Shown here piece after piece: positions 33,828-42,496 of a stretch of DNA of 44,033 bases (the stretch's first letter is position 1; every line of letters begins with the position of its first letter). A model generated the notes under the pieces. That model was not told the DNA's origin and did not search any database. It saw nothing but the letters and a program-made list of their open reading frames with translations. Both the position numbers and the translations under genes were made by a program. The stretch is from the sequence record MT613935.1; one strand, written 5' to 3'. The DNA comes from Pseudomonas phage Persinger.

Positions 33828-35525
33828 TTATTGCCGTGCCAGGATTTCGCAGACCGCAGCAATGTTGGTCGCTGCCGCCCCCGCGTCGTTGCCTGCAATG
33901 GTGAAGCGAAGAGTTGCAGGCGCAATCGCAGCAAGGCTGGTCGTTACTGCAGACGCCCCGCTGTTCGCCGTCCTGGTAACGGTCTGGTTCTTGATCGAAA
34001 GCTGACCAGAGGCGTTAACCGACAGCGCCACGGTGAATTCGTCCACGAACATGGCGCTGGCGCCGCTCACGGTGACAGAACCCACCAGGTAGAACTTGGC
34101 GAAAAAGTCGCAAGGTCCGAGCATATGACCCAGCATGGTTCGCGTGGTCATCGTAACAGTCTGTCCAAGGGACACGTTAGAAACAGTGAACTTTTCGCCG
34201 GTTACGATTGCGATTCCCTGCGTGCCGAACTGCTGCACATATCCGCCGTTCACCTTGACACGCGGAATGCGAGCAAAGTTCGTCGGGACAGACAGCAGTT
34301 TTCCGCGACCAGGCACAAGGTCCATCCAGTCCTGGTTCACCTCGATTTCCACGCCATCCAGCGTGCCTTGCGAAACCGGAACTATGGTGCCTGGTCCAGC
34401 AATCTGGTGCTTGATCTCGAAGGCGGTAGGGTCTTGCTTGGTGCCAGCGAAAAGCAGCGCGCTGACACGAACCCCGCGAATGACCATGGCCGAACTATTC
34501 ACGCCTTCGTCTGCGGTGAAACCGATCAGCGCGGGCGCATACCAGTTCGCTTTAATCAGGCGAGCATTGATGTTCGTGGTAGCCGGCCCGACGCCGTAAT
34601 TGGTGACGATGAAATCATTTGTGCTGACGTACTGGTTCAGGCTGAAAATCAGCACGTCATGGTTCGACACGCCATAGACGAAATACGCTCGGCGGTGGCC
34701 ACTCGACACGCAGCGGCCACGCAGCTGGTCGCCGTTGTTTGCGCAGTTGATGCCGTAATAGCAATCGTAGGTGACGACATCCACTTTTACGTCGGAAATG
34801 CGCCACGAATGGTTCGGATTGGTGGTCGGATCGGACTGAATGGTCACCAGCGACTGGCAGTTATACGCCTTGCCTACCACGACATAGCCGGACGTGTGCT
34901 TTTCCTTCGCAAAGAAGTTGAACGCTACCAGCCCACGGTTCGGGTCTACATCGACCGGCTTCAGGTTCCTGATAACGAAATTCAGGGCGACGCACGGCGT
35001 GTCGTAGAACCGATGGACGACGCCAGACGCAGGCGCGGCAATGTCGAAAATCAGTTCTGCGCCGTTGTAGTCGATGACCATCGGCTTGCCATGGCTCACC
35101 TGCACGCCGTAGGCCGGCAATACGCCCAGGTAGTATTTCTTGCCGGGGCTTGCTCGGAACTGCGTTTTACCGGAAGTCAGCATGGCCCGATATGCTGCCT
35201 GGTTGTCGGTGCCACGGTTGTTCTGGTCCACGTAGTCGCCGACCATTCCCCAGTCTTCGAAGGTTTCGAAGTCGTCGCCCAGGCGATCAATGATCTTGTT
35301 CAGCTCGCCGCCAATGGTGCCGTCTGCGTATGGCTCCGAAGCCAGGAAGCCTACCAGGCCGGCCCCGCCCGAACTCGCCAGGTCGGATGCCAGCGTGTCG
35401 TCGAAACCAGGCAGCAGGTCCATGACGCGCACCTGGCGGCTGTTTCCGCCCTGCTCCAGCTCCAGGATTTCCTGACCAGTCAGCGGCAGGGCGGCGCCCT
35501 GCAAATCGTTTATTCTCCAGCCCAC
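33828..35525 (-). CDS. Tailspike-like protein, probable beta-helix (candidate depolymerase)
   Basis: 565 aa between gpI and the fiber. Repetitive beta-strand-rich body with many N/G/V/T periodic segments. No collar motif. Confidence 0.45.
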   Translation of the reverse strand: MGWRINDLQGAALPLTGQEILELEQGGNSRQVRVMDLLPGFDDTLASDLASSGGAGLVGFLASEPYADGTIGGELNKIIDRLGDDFETFEDWGMVGDYVDQNNRGTDNQAAYRAMLTSGKTQFRASPGKKYYLGVLPAYGVQVSHGKPMVIDYNGAELIFDIAAPASGVVHRFYDTPCVALNFVIRNLKPVDVDPNRGLVAFNFFAKEKHTSGYVVVGKAYNCQSLVTIQSDPTTNPNHSWRISDVKVDVVTYDCYYGINCANNGDQLRGRCVSSGHRRAYFVYGVSNHDVLIFSLNQYVSTNDFIVTNYGVGPATTNINARLIKANWYAPALIGFTADEGVNSSAMVIRGVRVSALLFAGTKQDPTAFEIKHQIAGPGTIVPVSQGTLDGVEIEVNQDWMDLVPGRGKLLSVPTNFARIPRVKVNGGYVQQFGTQGIAIVTGEKFTVSNVSLGQTVTMTTRTMLGHMLGPCDFFAKFYLVGSVTVSGASAMFVDEFTVALSVNASGQLSIKNQTVTRTANSGASAVTTSLAAIAPATLRFTIAGNDAGAAATNIAAVCEILARQ

Positions 35526-35527
35526 GG

Positions 35528-36223
35528 CTATGCCCCTATGGTTCGTAGTTGTCCGCCAGTCGTGACGCGGAATTGTCCGTCCGTTGTCGTCCTGGCAATC
35601 AGTTCATCCGGCACCCAGCCTTGCGGGTAGACGGCGGTGGTTGTTACGTCCTGGCTCGCCGATCCGAAGAACAGCTGGCCGATGTTTTCCAGCTCGCGCA
35701 GCTGGTACGGGTAAACCGTCGTGTCCACGCCTTCGACCAGCGCGGCGCCTGCGTACACGGTGCCGCGCACGTCGGCTTTGACGGTCAGGGCGCGCAGGTG
35801 CGAACGCAGGTTCTTGTAAGTCAGCACGATGCGCTCGGCTTTTGCGTACAGCTCGGCGGTTACCGGCTTGCTGCCTGTGCCCATCACGATACTGAACGTG
35901 TACGGGTCACCTGGCGGGGTCATTTCCCACCACTCGATAACCTCGATCAGATAGCCCAGGGGCTTCAGCGCGCGGTCAATGGCGCCGATTGTGCCCTTGT
36001 GCTTGTGCACGTCCAGACTGGCCTTGATGACCTCGCGCTTTTCCTGCTCGGTCCAGGTCGTATCCCATTCGTCCACGCTGAACGCCCAGGCGAGCCACGG
36101 CAGCAGCTCGGCTGGGCAGGTGTCGGGGTTCCACGACTCGCGAACCAGAACCGGCACGTCGGAAACGCGAGCGATGGCCTCGGCCAGTGCGCGTTCCTGC
36201 GCCGTGGCGCTCGGCGGCAGCAT
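35528..36223 (-). CDS. Baseplate/tail protein I (gpI)
   Basis: Start at Met 36223, 4 nt after the gpJ stop. gpI-family sequence. The track's longer N-terminus overlaps gpJ. Confidence 0.65.
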   Translation of the reverse strand: MLPPSATAQERALAEAIARVSDVPVLVRESWNPDTCPAELLPWLAWAFSVDEWDTTWTEQEKREVIKASLDVHKHKGTIGAIDRALKPLGYLIEVIEWWEMTPPGDPYTFSIVMGTGSKPVTAELYAKAERIVLTYKNLRSHLRALTVKADVRGTVYAGAALVEGVDTTVYPYQLRELENIGQLFFGSASQDVTTTAVYPQGWVPDELIARTTTDGQFRVTTGGQLRTIGA

Positions 36224-36227
36224 GTCG

Positions 36228-37127
36228 TTACTCACCAGTGCCACCCACGGCAATGGTAGTCCCGGTGCACCATGCGGCCTGGTCCCAGTTTGCCACAACG
36301 CTGGCGGTCGGCGCGGCTAGGGTGACGTTCTGGACGCCTTCCTGGTGCAATGCCGCGTACAGTCCCGACAGGGTAACGTCGCGCCCCAGGCGGTGGTTAT
36401 TCTCCACGTAGGCGTCCAGTGCGGCCTGCGCGTTGGCAACCACCACGTCGGCGTCCGGCCCAGGATACAGGGTCAGGGTAGCGCTGACGGTGTACGGCAG
36501 GATTTCGGCCGACTTGACCAGCACCTGGTCGGTCAGCGGGCGCACGTCGTCGGCGCTCAAGGTCGCGTCTACGGCGTCCAGCAGGTCGGACGGCGCGGTT
36601 CCGTCGCCGATGTTGGACAGCACGGCGACCACCACCTGGCCAGGGACTGGGCTGTGCGCGCTCGCGTCCAGCACGCGCGCGTCGGCGCCGAGTGAATGGA
36701 AGATGTAGGCGCCTTCCGGCCCTGCGGTGCTGAATCCTTCGAACGACAGTTGGACTCGGCGGCGCAGTGCGTCGTCGGATTCCAGAACGGCCGGCGTCGG
36801 CGGCACGGTGGTGTCGTCTGCCGGGGTGATGACCAGGCGCTGGACGTTGTAGCGCGCCGCGATCTGGTCCAGGTCGCTGCCCATGGCATAGGCCAGCGTC
36901 ACGCCCTTGATGGCTTCGTTGACGCGCTGGCGCAGCAGGACTTCGCGGAACGCGCAGACCTCCAGCACCTTATAGGCCGGGTCACTCTCCACCAGCGCGG
37001 AAAACGCAGGGTCGCGCGTCTGCAGGTCGGCAATCATCGCCGCCAGGATGACTTCGAAATCCAGGTTTTCGACAGCTGCCGGGAATGGCAGCTTGGAAAG
37101 GTCCACCGCCGTGAATGCGCCTGCCAC
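36228..37127 (-). CDS. Baseplate assembly protein J (gpJ)
   Basis: 299 aa, Baseplate_J-family sequence, follows gpW. Confidence 0.8.
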   Translation of the reverse strand: MAGAFTAVDLSKLPFPAAVENLDFEVILAAMIADLQTRDPAFSALVESDPAYKVLEVCAFREVLLRQRVNEAIKGVTLAYAMGSDLDQIAARYNVQRLVITPADDTTVPPTPAVLESDDALRRRVQLSFEGFSTAGPEGAYIFHSLGADARVLDASAHSPVPGQVVVAVLSNIGDGTAPSDLLDAVDATLSADDVRPLTDQVLVKSAEILPYTVSATLTLYPGPDADVVVANAQAALDAYVENNHRLGRDVTLSGLYAALHQEGVQNVTLAAPTASVVANWDQAAWCTGTTIAVGGTGE

Positions 37128-37475
37128 TTATTCCACCACTATGCCGTCAAGGGTGATTGTTTGGCCGTCCGGCAGATACTCGCCGGTAAGGTCCAGTTCG
37201 ATGCGGCCGGGTTCTGCTGCCACGGCCTGCACCTGGTCCAATCTGAAACGGGGTTCCCAGCGCTCCAGCGCCTCGGCTACGGCCGCGTACACGTCCAGCA
37301 GCGTGGAACGGTTCATCGGGGCATCTATCAGCCGCATCAGCCGGCTGCCGTACTCGCGGCGCATCACGCGGCTGCCAATGGGCGTCCGTAGAATGTCGCG
37401 GATGGATTGCCGCAGATGCTGCAGGCCGCCCAGGCGCTTACCGTTCGATGCGTTGATGCCGTCCATGCGCGCCAT
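37128..37475 (-). CDS. Baseplate assembly protein W (GPW/gp25 family)
   Basis: 115 aa. SIRDILRTPIGSRVMRREYGSRL is typical of gp25/W. Confidence 0.75.
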   Translation of the reverse strand: MARMDGINASNGKRLGGLQHLRQSIRDILRTPIGSRVMRREYGSRLMRLIDAPMNRSTLLDVYAAVAEALERWEPRFRLDQVQAVAAEPGRIELDLTGEYLPDGQTITLDGIVVE

Positions 37476-37497
37476 TCTGCTGGGCAGGGCGTGGCGC

Positions 37498-37516
37498 TTC
37501 CTCTTGTGGGATTTCC
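37498..37516 (-). repeat. 19-bp late element copy D (intergenic)
   Basis: Sits between the PAAR stop (37518) and the gpW start (37475), 23-41 bp upstream of the ATG. Confidence 0.8.
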
Positions 37517-37517
37517 G

Positions 37518-37793
37518 TCAGTCAGGAATGCGGAACCAGGGTCGGCCGGTCGATGCGTGACCGCAGTTCGCCAGGTGCCCTTCTCGACAGACTGGGGTTC
37601 CGTTTAAACGCATCCACCCGGAACCCTGCGCCATGACCGGCGCCGTATGCGGGGGGATGGGCGGCGGGTGCGGCGTCACAGGATCACCCAGCAGGACGAC
37701 TGGCTGACCCTCGACGTTGAAGAACGACTGCCCACCCGCGAGCTGTGCGCCCTCGGCCGCGTCAAGCGCCTTCACGGCTATGCCGAAACTCAC
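37518..37793 (-). CDS. PAAR-like spike-tip protein
   Basis: 91 aa. GDPVTPHPPPIPPHTAPVMAQGS...NGTPVCREGHLANCGHAS resembles PAAR-repeat cone proteins. Sits between V and W. Confidence 0.45.
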   Translation of the reverse strand: MSFGIAVKALDAAEGAQLAGGQSFFNVEGQPVVLLGDPVTPHPPPIPPHTAPVMAQGSGWMRLNGTPVCREGHLANCGHASTGRPWFRIPD

Positions 37794-38260
37794 GACTGCA
37801 CGCCCTCGAACTGCGGCGTGGTCAGGGTGGTGCCGTCCGCGCGCAGCTCCAGCGTGGTGGCGCCGATCTTGAAAACGATTTTCCCGCCGGCCGGCACTTC
37901 CAGGGTGAACGTGTGGCTGGCGCTGTTGTAGTCCTGGCGCGCGCCGTCAGGGTAGACGGTGGTTTCCTGGTCCTTGCTGGCGGCCGGCGCTGGGCTGTCA
38001 TCTTGGAACAGCGACCCGATGACGACGGCCTGCGCCATGTCGCCATAAGGCGATGCGATCACCACCTGCTCGCCCACCTGCGGCGGGGACCACTGGCGCG
38101 TCTTGCCGGCGCGAGCGGCGCCCCACGGCAGCCAGTCCGTGGTCAGGCCGGCGGTGCTGACCTTCACGCGGGCGTTCGCTTCGTCCAGCTCGGCAACCTT
38201 GCCGACGCGCACCAGGTTGGCCAGCTGGCGCCCCAGCTCGCCCAGCTCGTATTCGCTCAT
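37790..38260 (-). CDS. Baseplate spike protein V (gpV)
   Basis: 156 aa. gpV-family (VGKVAELDEANARVKV...GEQVVIASPYGDMAQAVVIG). Confidence 0.75.
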   Translation of the reverse strand: MSEYELGELGRQLANLVRVGKVAELDEANARVKVSTAGLTTDWLPWGAARAGKTRQWSPPQVGEQVVIASPYGDMAQAVVIGSLFQDDSPAPAASKDQETTVYPDGARQDYNSASHTFTLEVPAGGKIVFKIGATTLELRADGTTLTTPQFEGVQS

Positions 38261-38829
38261 TCGTCCACCTGCTCGTATCCGTCGCCAGGGTTTCCATTGA
38301 CGTGGCCCTGCACGAACACGTCGGCCGGCGTCTCGCCTTCATCGGTCCACACGGTCTTGCCCAGGTGGACGATTTGCTGCCACTCGACGCGCCAGATTTC
38401 GAACTGCTCCAGCGCCTGGTCGCGCTGGTGACCCATCACCGAAAAGTCGTCCTGATAGGCGCCGATGACCTCGGCGGGTCCGGTGGGAAGTTTCGGGGTT
38501 GTGCCGCTGTAGTTCGTCCAGCGGCGCTTGCGCAGCCAGGCGGCGAGCGCGGCGGCCAGCAGGCGGATGGACTGCTTGGCCTTCGGCGTGCGGAAGCTGA
38601 TAACCAGTTCGGCTTCGAACTTCGCCATGACGGCCAGCTGCTCGGTGCCTGGGTCTTCGTCTGGCAGCGCCTCCAGCTCGGTCAGCTCAAGCAGGCAGGC
38701 CGGCTTCGGCAGTTCCTTTCGGTCCTCTCGGTAAAACTCGACGGTGACCAGCTGCGGAAACTGCGCCTTGATATCGGCCACGATGGCGTCGTGCAGCACG
38801 CCCAGGTCCACTTCGGTGTTCGCATTCAT
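38257..38829 (-). CDS. Tail completion / virion morphogenesis protein (gpS-like, tentative)
   Basis: 190 aa immediately upstream of V, the position of P2 gpS. No strong motif. Confidence 0.3.
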   Translation of the reverse strand: MNANTEVDLGVLHDAIVADIKAQFPQLVTVEFYREDRKELPKPACLLELTELEALPDEDPGTEQLAVMAKFEAELVISFRTPKAKQSIRLLAAALAAWLRKRRWTNYSGTTPKLPTGPAEVIGAYQDDFSVMGHQRDQALEQFEIWRVEWQQIVHLGKTVWTDEGETPADVFVQGHVNGNPGDGYEQVDE

Positions 38830-39389
38830 CAGGATTCACCCAGCTGGAATTTCACACGCGCGCGCAGGTCGCGTCGGAAGTGCTGCCAGAAAATATCAAG
38901 CACCTGGTCGAAAATTTCATCTTCAATGAACGTAATTGCCTTGTCTTCGACGGCGTGCAGCTGCTCGGCGACAGGCAGGCGCGCTTCGCGCACGCGCTTG
39001 AAAATGGTTTGCTTGCCCTTCACCTTGCTGCGGCCGACGAACGCCCCGGCGTATTCCTCGCCACGGAACGACGCGCCGTCGTTGGTGTTCTTCGGGCGCC
39101 CCTTGAAGCTCGATACGGGCAGGTCATTCAGGCCGTACCACAGCCCCATCGACTGGTCGCGCGAACCTATCGCGCTCATGCGCATGCGAATTGATTTCAG
39201 GCGCTTGCGAAGGGCGCCAGCGGCACGCAGCTGCAGAACCTTGGTCAGCCCCTTGGACGACATGCGCCGCAGGGTTGCTTCCGTGCGGCGCATGGCGCGC
39301 GACAGCGCGAAGATGACCTGCTTGTCGGTGGCTTGCAGTTCATCGCCAACGGTCAGCAGCTGGTTCCAGTCGATATCAAAGTGCAGCAT
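38829..39389 (-). CDS. Tail completion protein (gpR-like, tentative)
   Basis: 186 aa, position of P2 gpR. Confidence 0.3.
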   Translation of the reverse strand: MLHFDIDWNQLLTVGDELQATDKQVIFALSRAMRRTEATLRRMSSKGLTKVLQLRAAGALRKRLKSIRMRMSAIGSRDQSMGLWYGLNDLPVSSFKGRPKNTNDGASFRGEEYAGAFVGRSKVKGKQTIFKRVREARLPVAEQLHAVEDKAITFIEDEIFDQVLDIFWQHFRRDLRARVKFQLGES

Positions 39390-39708
39390 CTTGGCGCGCC
39401 ATCGTTACCAGTGCCCAGCCGGTTCCATCGGCCTGCGGACTGGTCAGAACGTCGAAGGTTTCGCCGGCCACGGTCACCACGTCGCCACGTCGAACGCCGG
39501 CCAGGTCGGTTTCCTTGCCGCTGATGCGCGGTTCGCTGGTGTCCGCTTCGTACTCGCCCAGCTCGGCGTTCAGATACGGGTCATCAAACAGCACGCTGAT
39601 GGTCCTGGTGCCGCCGTCCTGAAACTGGATGACGGCGGGCGTTGCAAACCCGCCGTCATCATCCAGCTGCAGGAATTCGTCCAGGTTTTCCCAGGACGGC
39701 CCGCGCAT
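39376..39708 (-). CDS. Head-tail joining/adaptor protein (tentative)
   Basis: 110 aa acidic protein downstream of the head genes. Confidence 0.35.
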   Translation of the reverse strand: MRGPSWENLDEFLQLDDDGGFATPAVIQFQDGGTRTISVLFDDPYLNAELGEYEADTSEPRISGKETDLAGVRRGDVVTVAGETFDVLTSPQADGTGWALVTMARQDAAL

Positions 39709-40064
39709 CAGCTGTACTGCTTGCGGCCGACCAGGTGGACGCTGCGGACCACGGAAGTGGCGCCGCCGGCCAGGGTATCGACCACGCGAACGAATTTCAG
39801 CAGGCGGTCAGCATTGATCATCAGCGACTGTTCGGACGCTGCGGTGCCGACAGCGGCGAACGCACCACCCGGAACATCGGTCCAGCCGGTGCTGCCGTCA
39901 GCGCTGTGCTGCAGCTTGATGGTGTCGGTGCCGGCGTTGGTGGCGCCAGCGTTCAGCACCAGCAGGGCAATGCCCTGATAGTCGCCGACGTTGACGGCAG
40001 CGCCGTTGCCGGTCGCGGTGATGCTGGCAGCTACGTCCAGCGCGGTTGCGGATACGCCACGCAT
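39708..40064 (-). CDS. Hypothetical virion protein (118 aa, Gly/Ala/Thr-rich)
   Basis: Position after capsid. Possible decoration or connector protein. Confidence 0.3.
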   Translation of the reverse strand: MRGVSATALDVAASITATGNGAAVNVGDYQGIALLVLNAGATNAGTDTIKLQHSADGSTGWTDVPGGAFAAVGTAASEQSLMINADRLLKFVRVVDTLAGGATSVVRSVHLVGRKQYS

Positions 40065-40066
40065 GG

Positions 40067-40381
40067 TTATTTAGCCTCGCTGTGCTTGGCTTCGATGGCT
40101 TCGACCAGCTCGGCTTTGTTCATGCCGGCGGCGCCTTCGATGCTGAGTTTTTCGGCCAGGTCCAGCAGCTGAGCTTTGTTCAGCTTGGACAGGTCGGTGG
40201 TGTCTTCGTCGTCGCTTTCGGCTACCGGCGCGCCGTCTTCGGCAGTGGCCAGCCGCGCCTTGCCGCGAGCCAGCAGGTTCTCGGCTTCCCGCTCGCTGAC
40301 TTCCACCAGCGAATTGGCGCGGCAAATACCGCCGTCGATGGCAATGGCGCTGGTCAGCACCAGGAAAATGGATCGGCTCAT
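40067..40381 (-). CDS. Small protein with Rho-N/SAP-like HeH motif
   Basis: LSKLNKAQLLDLAEKLSIEGAAGMNKAELVEAIEAKH: HeH motif common in phage head-associated proteins. Confidence 0.4.
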   Translation of the reverse strand: MSRSIFLVLTSAIAIDGGICRANSLVEVSEREAENLLARGKARLATAEDGAPVAESDDEDTTDLSKLNKAQLLDLAEKLSIEGAAGMNKAELVEAIEAKHSEAK

Positions 40382-40400
40382 TTCTGCAGTTCCTCGGTTG

Positions 40401-40426
40401 TGAAGAAAAGGCCGCCGAAGCGGCCT
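40401..40426 (-). terminator. Rho-independent terminator after the capsid gene
   Basis: AGGCCGC-CGAA-GCGGCCT, followed on the minus strand by TTTCTTCA. Confidence 0.65.
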
Positions 40427-40438
40427 ATTCCTGGTGCC

Positions 40439-42496
40439 TTACGGGGTGACGGTCTGGCTGCCGTAGGCGATGGACTCGACGCGGCGCAGTGCCAGGTCGA
40501 TATCCTGGAAGACCACCACGCGCAGGCCGCCGGACTTGCTCAGGCTGTACGGGTCAACGGTCAGGTCCAGGCCGCCCCACAGGCCAATCAGCAGGTCGGC
40601 GAAGTTGCCGAAGAACACATCGCCGTTCTGCAGCTGGTTGGTGATTTCGGCGCGGTAGCCGTTCACGGTGCCGCCCGATTCCCAGATGGTGCCGCCGTCC
40701 ACGGCGTCCGGGAACTTGCGGTTGGTCTTCGCGTGACCACGGAACCGCGCGTTGGCCACATAGCCCATCTGGCCGATATCGGCGTTGTCGGCGGCGATTT
40801 CGGTTTCCATCTGCACCAGCTCGGCATAGGTCGGCCACAGGGCGGCGAAGTCCACGGCGTTGATGCCGGTGTAGTTCTTCAGGCCGCGCGGCTGGTTGCC
40901 GGTGCCGCTGCCGTAGTAGCCGGCCATGTCGATGGCTTGGCCGATGGCGTTCACCAGGTCACGGCGCACGATGCCTTCGGCGTCCGGGGTGGACTGCATC
41001 AGCAGGCGACGGGTCATGTCGGTGTAAGCCGCAACGGTCTTTGGCGACAGTTCCAGCTGGCCGATGGTCGGGGTGCCTTCGGTGGCGTCGTCACCCTCGC
41101 CGATCCAGTACGCGGTCGCGCCGCCGGTCTGCTTGGGAATATCCACGTTGCCGACCAGGCCGCCCATGCTGGTTCCCAGGCGCATCAGGGTGGTGCGATT
41201 GCGCAGCATTTCGATGAACGAACCGGCCATGAAGTCGGTCGCTACCAGGTTGCTGCCGGTCTGCGCGCCGGCCGGGGTGTTGCCTGCGCCGCCAGCGTTG
41301 AACGCACGGCTGCCCAGCACGTCTTCCGGCACCAGGATGCCTTGCGCGGTACGGCCGAGCTGGCGCTGGGCGGCTTCGCTGCACTCGATCTCGAACTTGG
41401 CGGCTTCGCGGTCCTTCTGGCTGGCGTTCGGCTGCAGGGCGCGAATGGCCTTGAACAGCGAATACTTCCGCACTTCCTTGTCGCTCAGGCCGATTTTCGG
41501 GTCAGCCATTTCCGACAGCGGGGTGCCGGAACGCTTGCCGTCCTGCTTGTTGGTGTCCACGCTGGTGACGCCCTTGGTGTTGATGTGGTCCAGGGCGGCG
41601 CGGGCGAATTCATCCACCGACTTGCCATCGGCCACGGCCTTGGCGGCCAGCTCGCGGCAGTCGTACTTCTCGCCCATTTCCAGGATGGAAGCGGTACGCT
41701 TGCGCTCGGCCTCGGCGGCGTTGCGCTGAGCGGCGCGAACGTCGGCGCCGGCCTCTTCCAGAACTTCCAGCACCTTGGTGATGCTGCCGTGTTCGTCCAC
41801 TTCGGCGCGGACCAGGTTGCCAGAGGCATCCCGCAGAACTTTGATTTTCATGTTTCTGATTTCCTCAGAGATAGGTTTTTCCGTGGCCGCGCCACTTCGG
41901 ACGGTCGCAGTTTGTGCGGCCTGCGCGGCGGGTTCCTCTTGTGGGATTTCCAGGTCGCGACCGATGCCCACGCTGTGGTCCGCCGGAACGCTGACGATGG
42001 AAATTTCGTAGGGTTCCCACTTGGTGATGCGGTACACGTCAACGTCGCCGCGCTGTTCGAACAGCACCGCGCGCAGGACGCGATAGCCGACCGAAACGTG
42101 CTTGCGGATTCCATCGACGATATCCTGGAAAATCTCGTCAGCGCGCGCGCTTCGCCCGAAACGCACGACAGCACGGCCCCGCCGGTCTGCGTCGATACTG
42201 ACAGATTCCACGACGCCCACCTGGTCGTCCCAGTCGTGGTTCACCAGCAGCGCGCCGCCATCGCTCAGGCGATCCAGCAGCACGCTGTCGGGGTCGTGGT
42301 CCAGAATTTCGATGCCAAACCAGCGTTCGACCTCTAATTCAGAGCTGAACGCCAGTTCAACGGTGCGCTTGTCCTTGTCGAAGCTGCGCACTTCCATGGT
42401 GCGTTGCAGCTGGCCCTTGCCGTTGAAATCAGGCAGTGCCTTGCTTTCGCTGGCGTCGCGGCGCAGATAGGCGCCGATCAGGTCACGCAGGTGCAT
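40439..42496 (-). CDS. Prohead protease (S78/HK97-type) - scaffold/delta domain - HK97-fold major capsid protein, single ORF
   Basis: 685 aa. N-terminal ~180 aa protease. Coiled-coil linker. C-terminal HK97-like MCP. Copy E of the 19-bp repeat and an internal RBS+ATG (41851) lie at the protease/capsid junction. Confidence 0.8.
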   Translation of the reverse strand: MHLRDLIGAYLRRDASESKALPDFNGKGQLQRTMEVRSFDKDKRTVELAFSSELEVERWFGIEILDHDPDSVLLDRLSDGGALLVNHDWDDQVGVVESVSIDADRRGRAVVRFGRSARADEIFQDIVDGIRKHVSVGYRVLRAVLFEQRGDVDVYRITKWEPYEISIVSVPADHSVGIGRDLEIPQEEPAAQAAQTATVRSGAATEKPISEEIRNMKIKVLRDASGNLVRAEVDEHGSITKVLEVLEEAGADVRAAQRNAAEAERKRTASILEMGEKYDCRELAAKAVADGKSVDEFARAALDHINTKGVTSVDTNKQDGKRSGTPLSEMADPKIGLSDKEVRKYSLFKAIRALQPNASQKDREAAKFEIECSEAAQRQLGRTAQGILVPEDVLGSRAFNAGGAGNTPAGAQTGSNLVATDFMAGSFIEMLRNRTTLMRLGTSMGGLVGNVDIPKQTGGATAYWIGEGDDATEGTPTIGQLELSPKTVAAYTDMTRRLLMQSTPDAEGIVRRDLVNAIGQAIDMAGYYGSGTGNQPRGLKNYTGINAVDFAALWPTYAELVQMETEIAADNADIGQMGYVANARFRGHAKTNRKFPDAVDGGTIWESGGTVNGYRAEITNQLQNGDVFFGNFADLLIGLWGGLDLTVDPYSLSKSGGLRVVVFQDIDLALRRVESIAYGSQTVTP
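41933..41951 (-). repeat. 19-bp late element copy E (in protease/capsid ORF linker, read as EIPQEE)
   Basis: 82-100 bp upstream of the internal Met (41851) that begins the scaffold/capsid portion. Confidence 0.8.
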
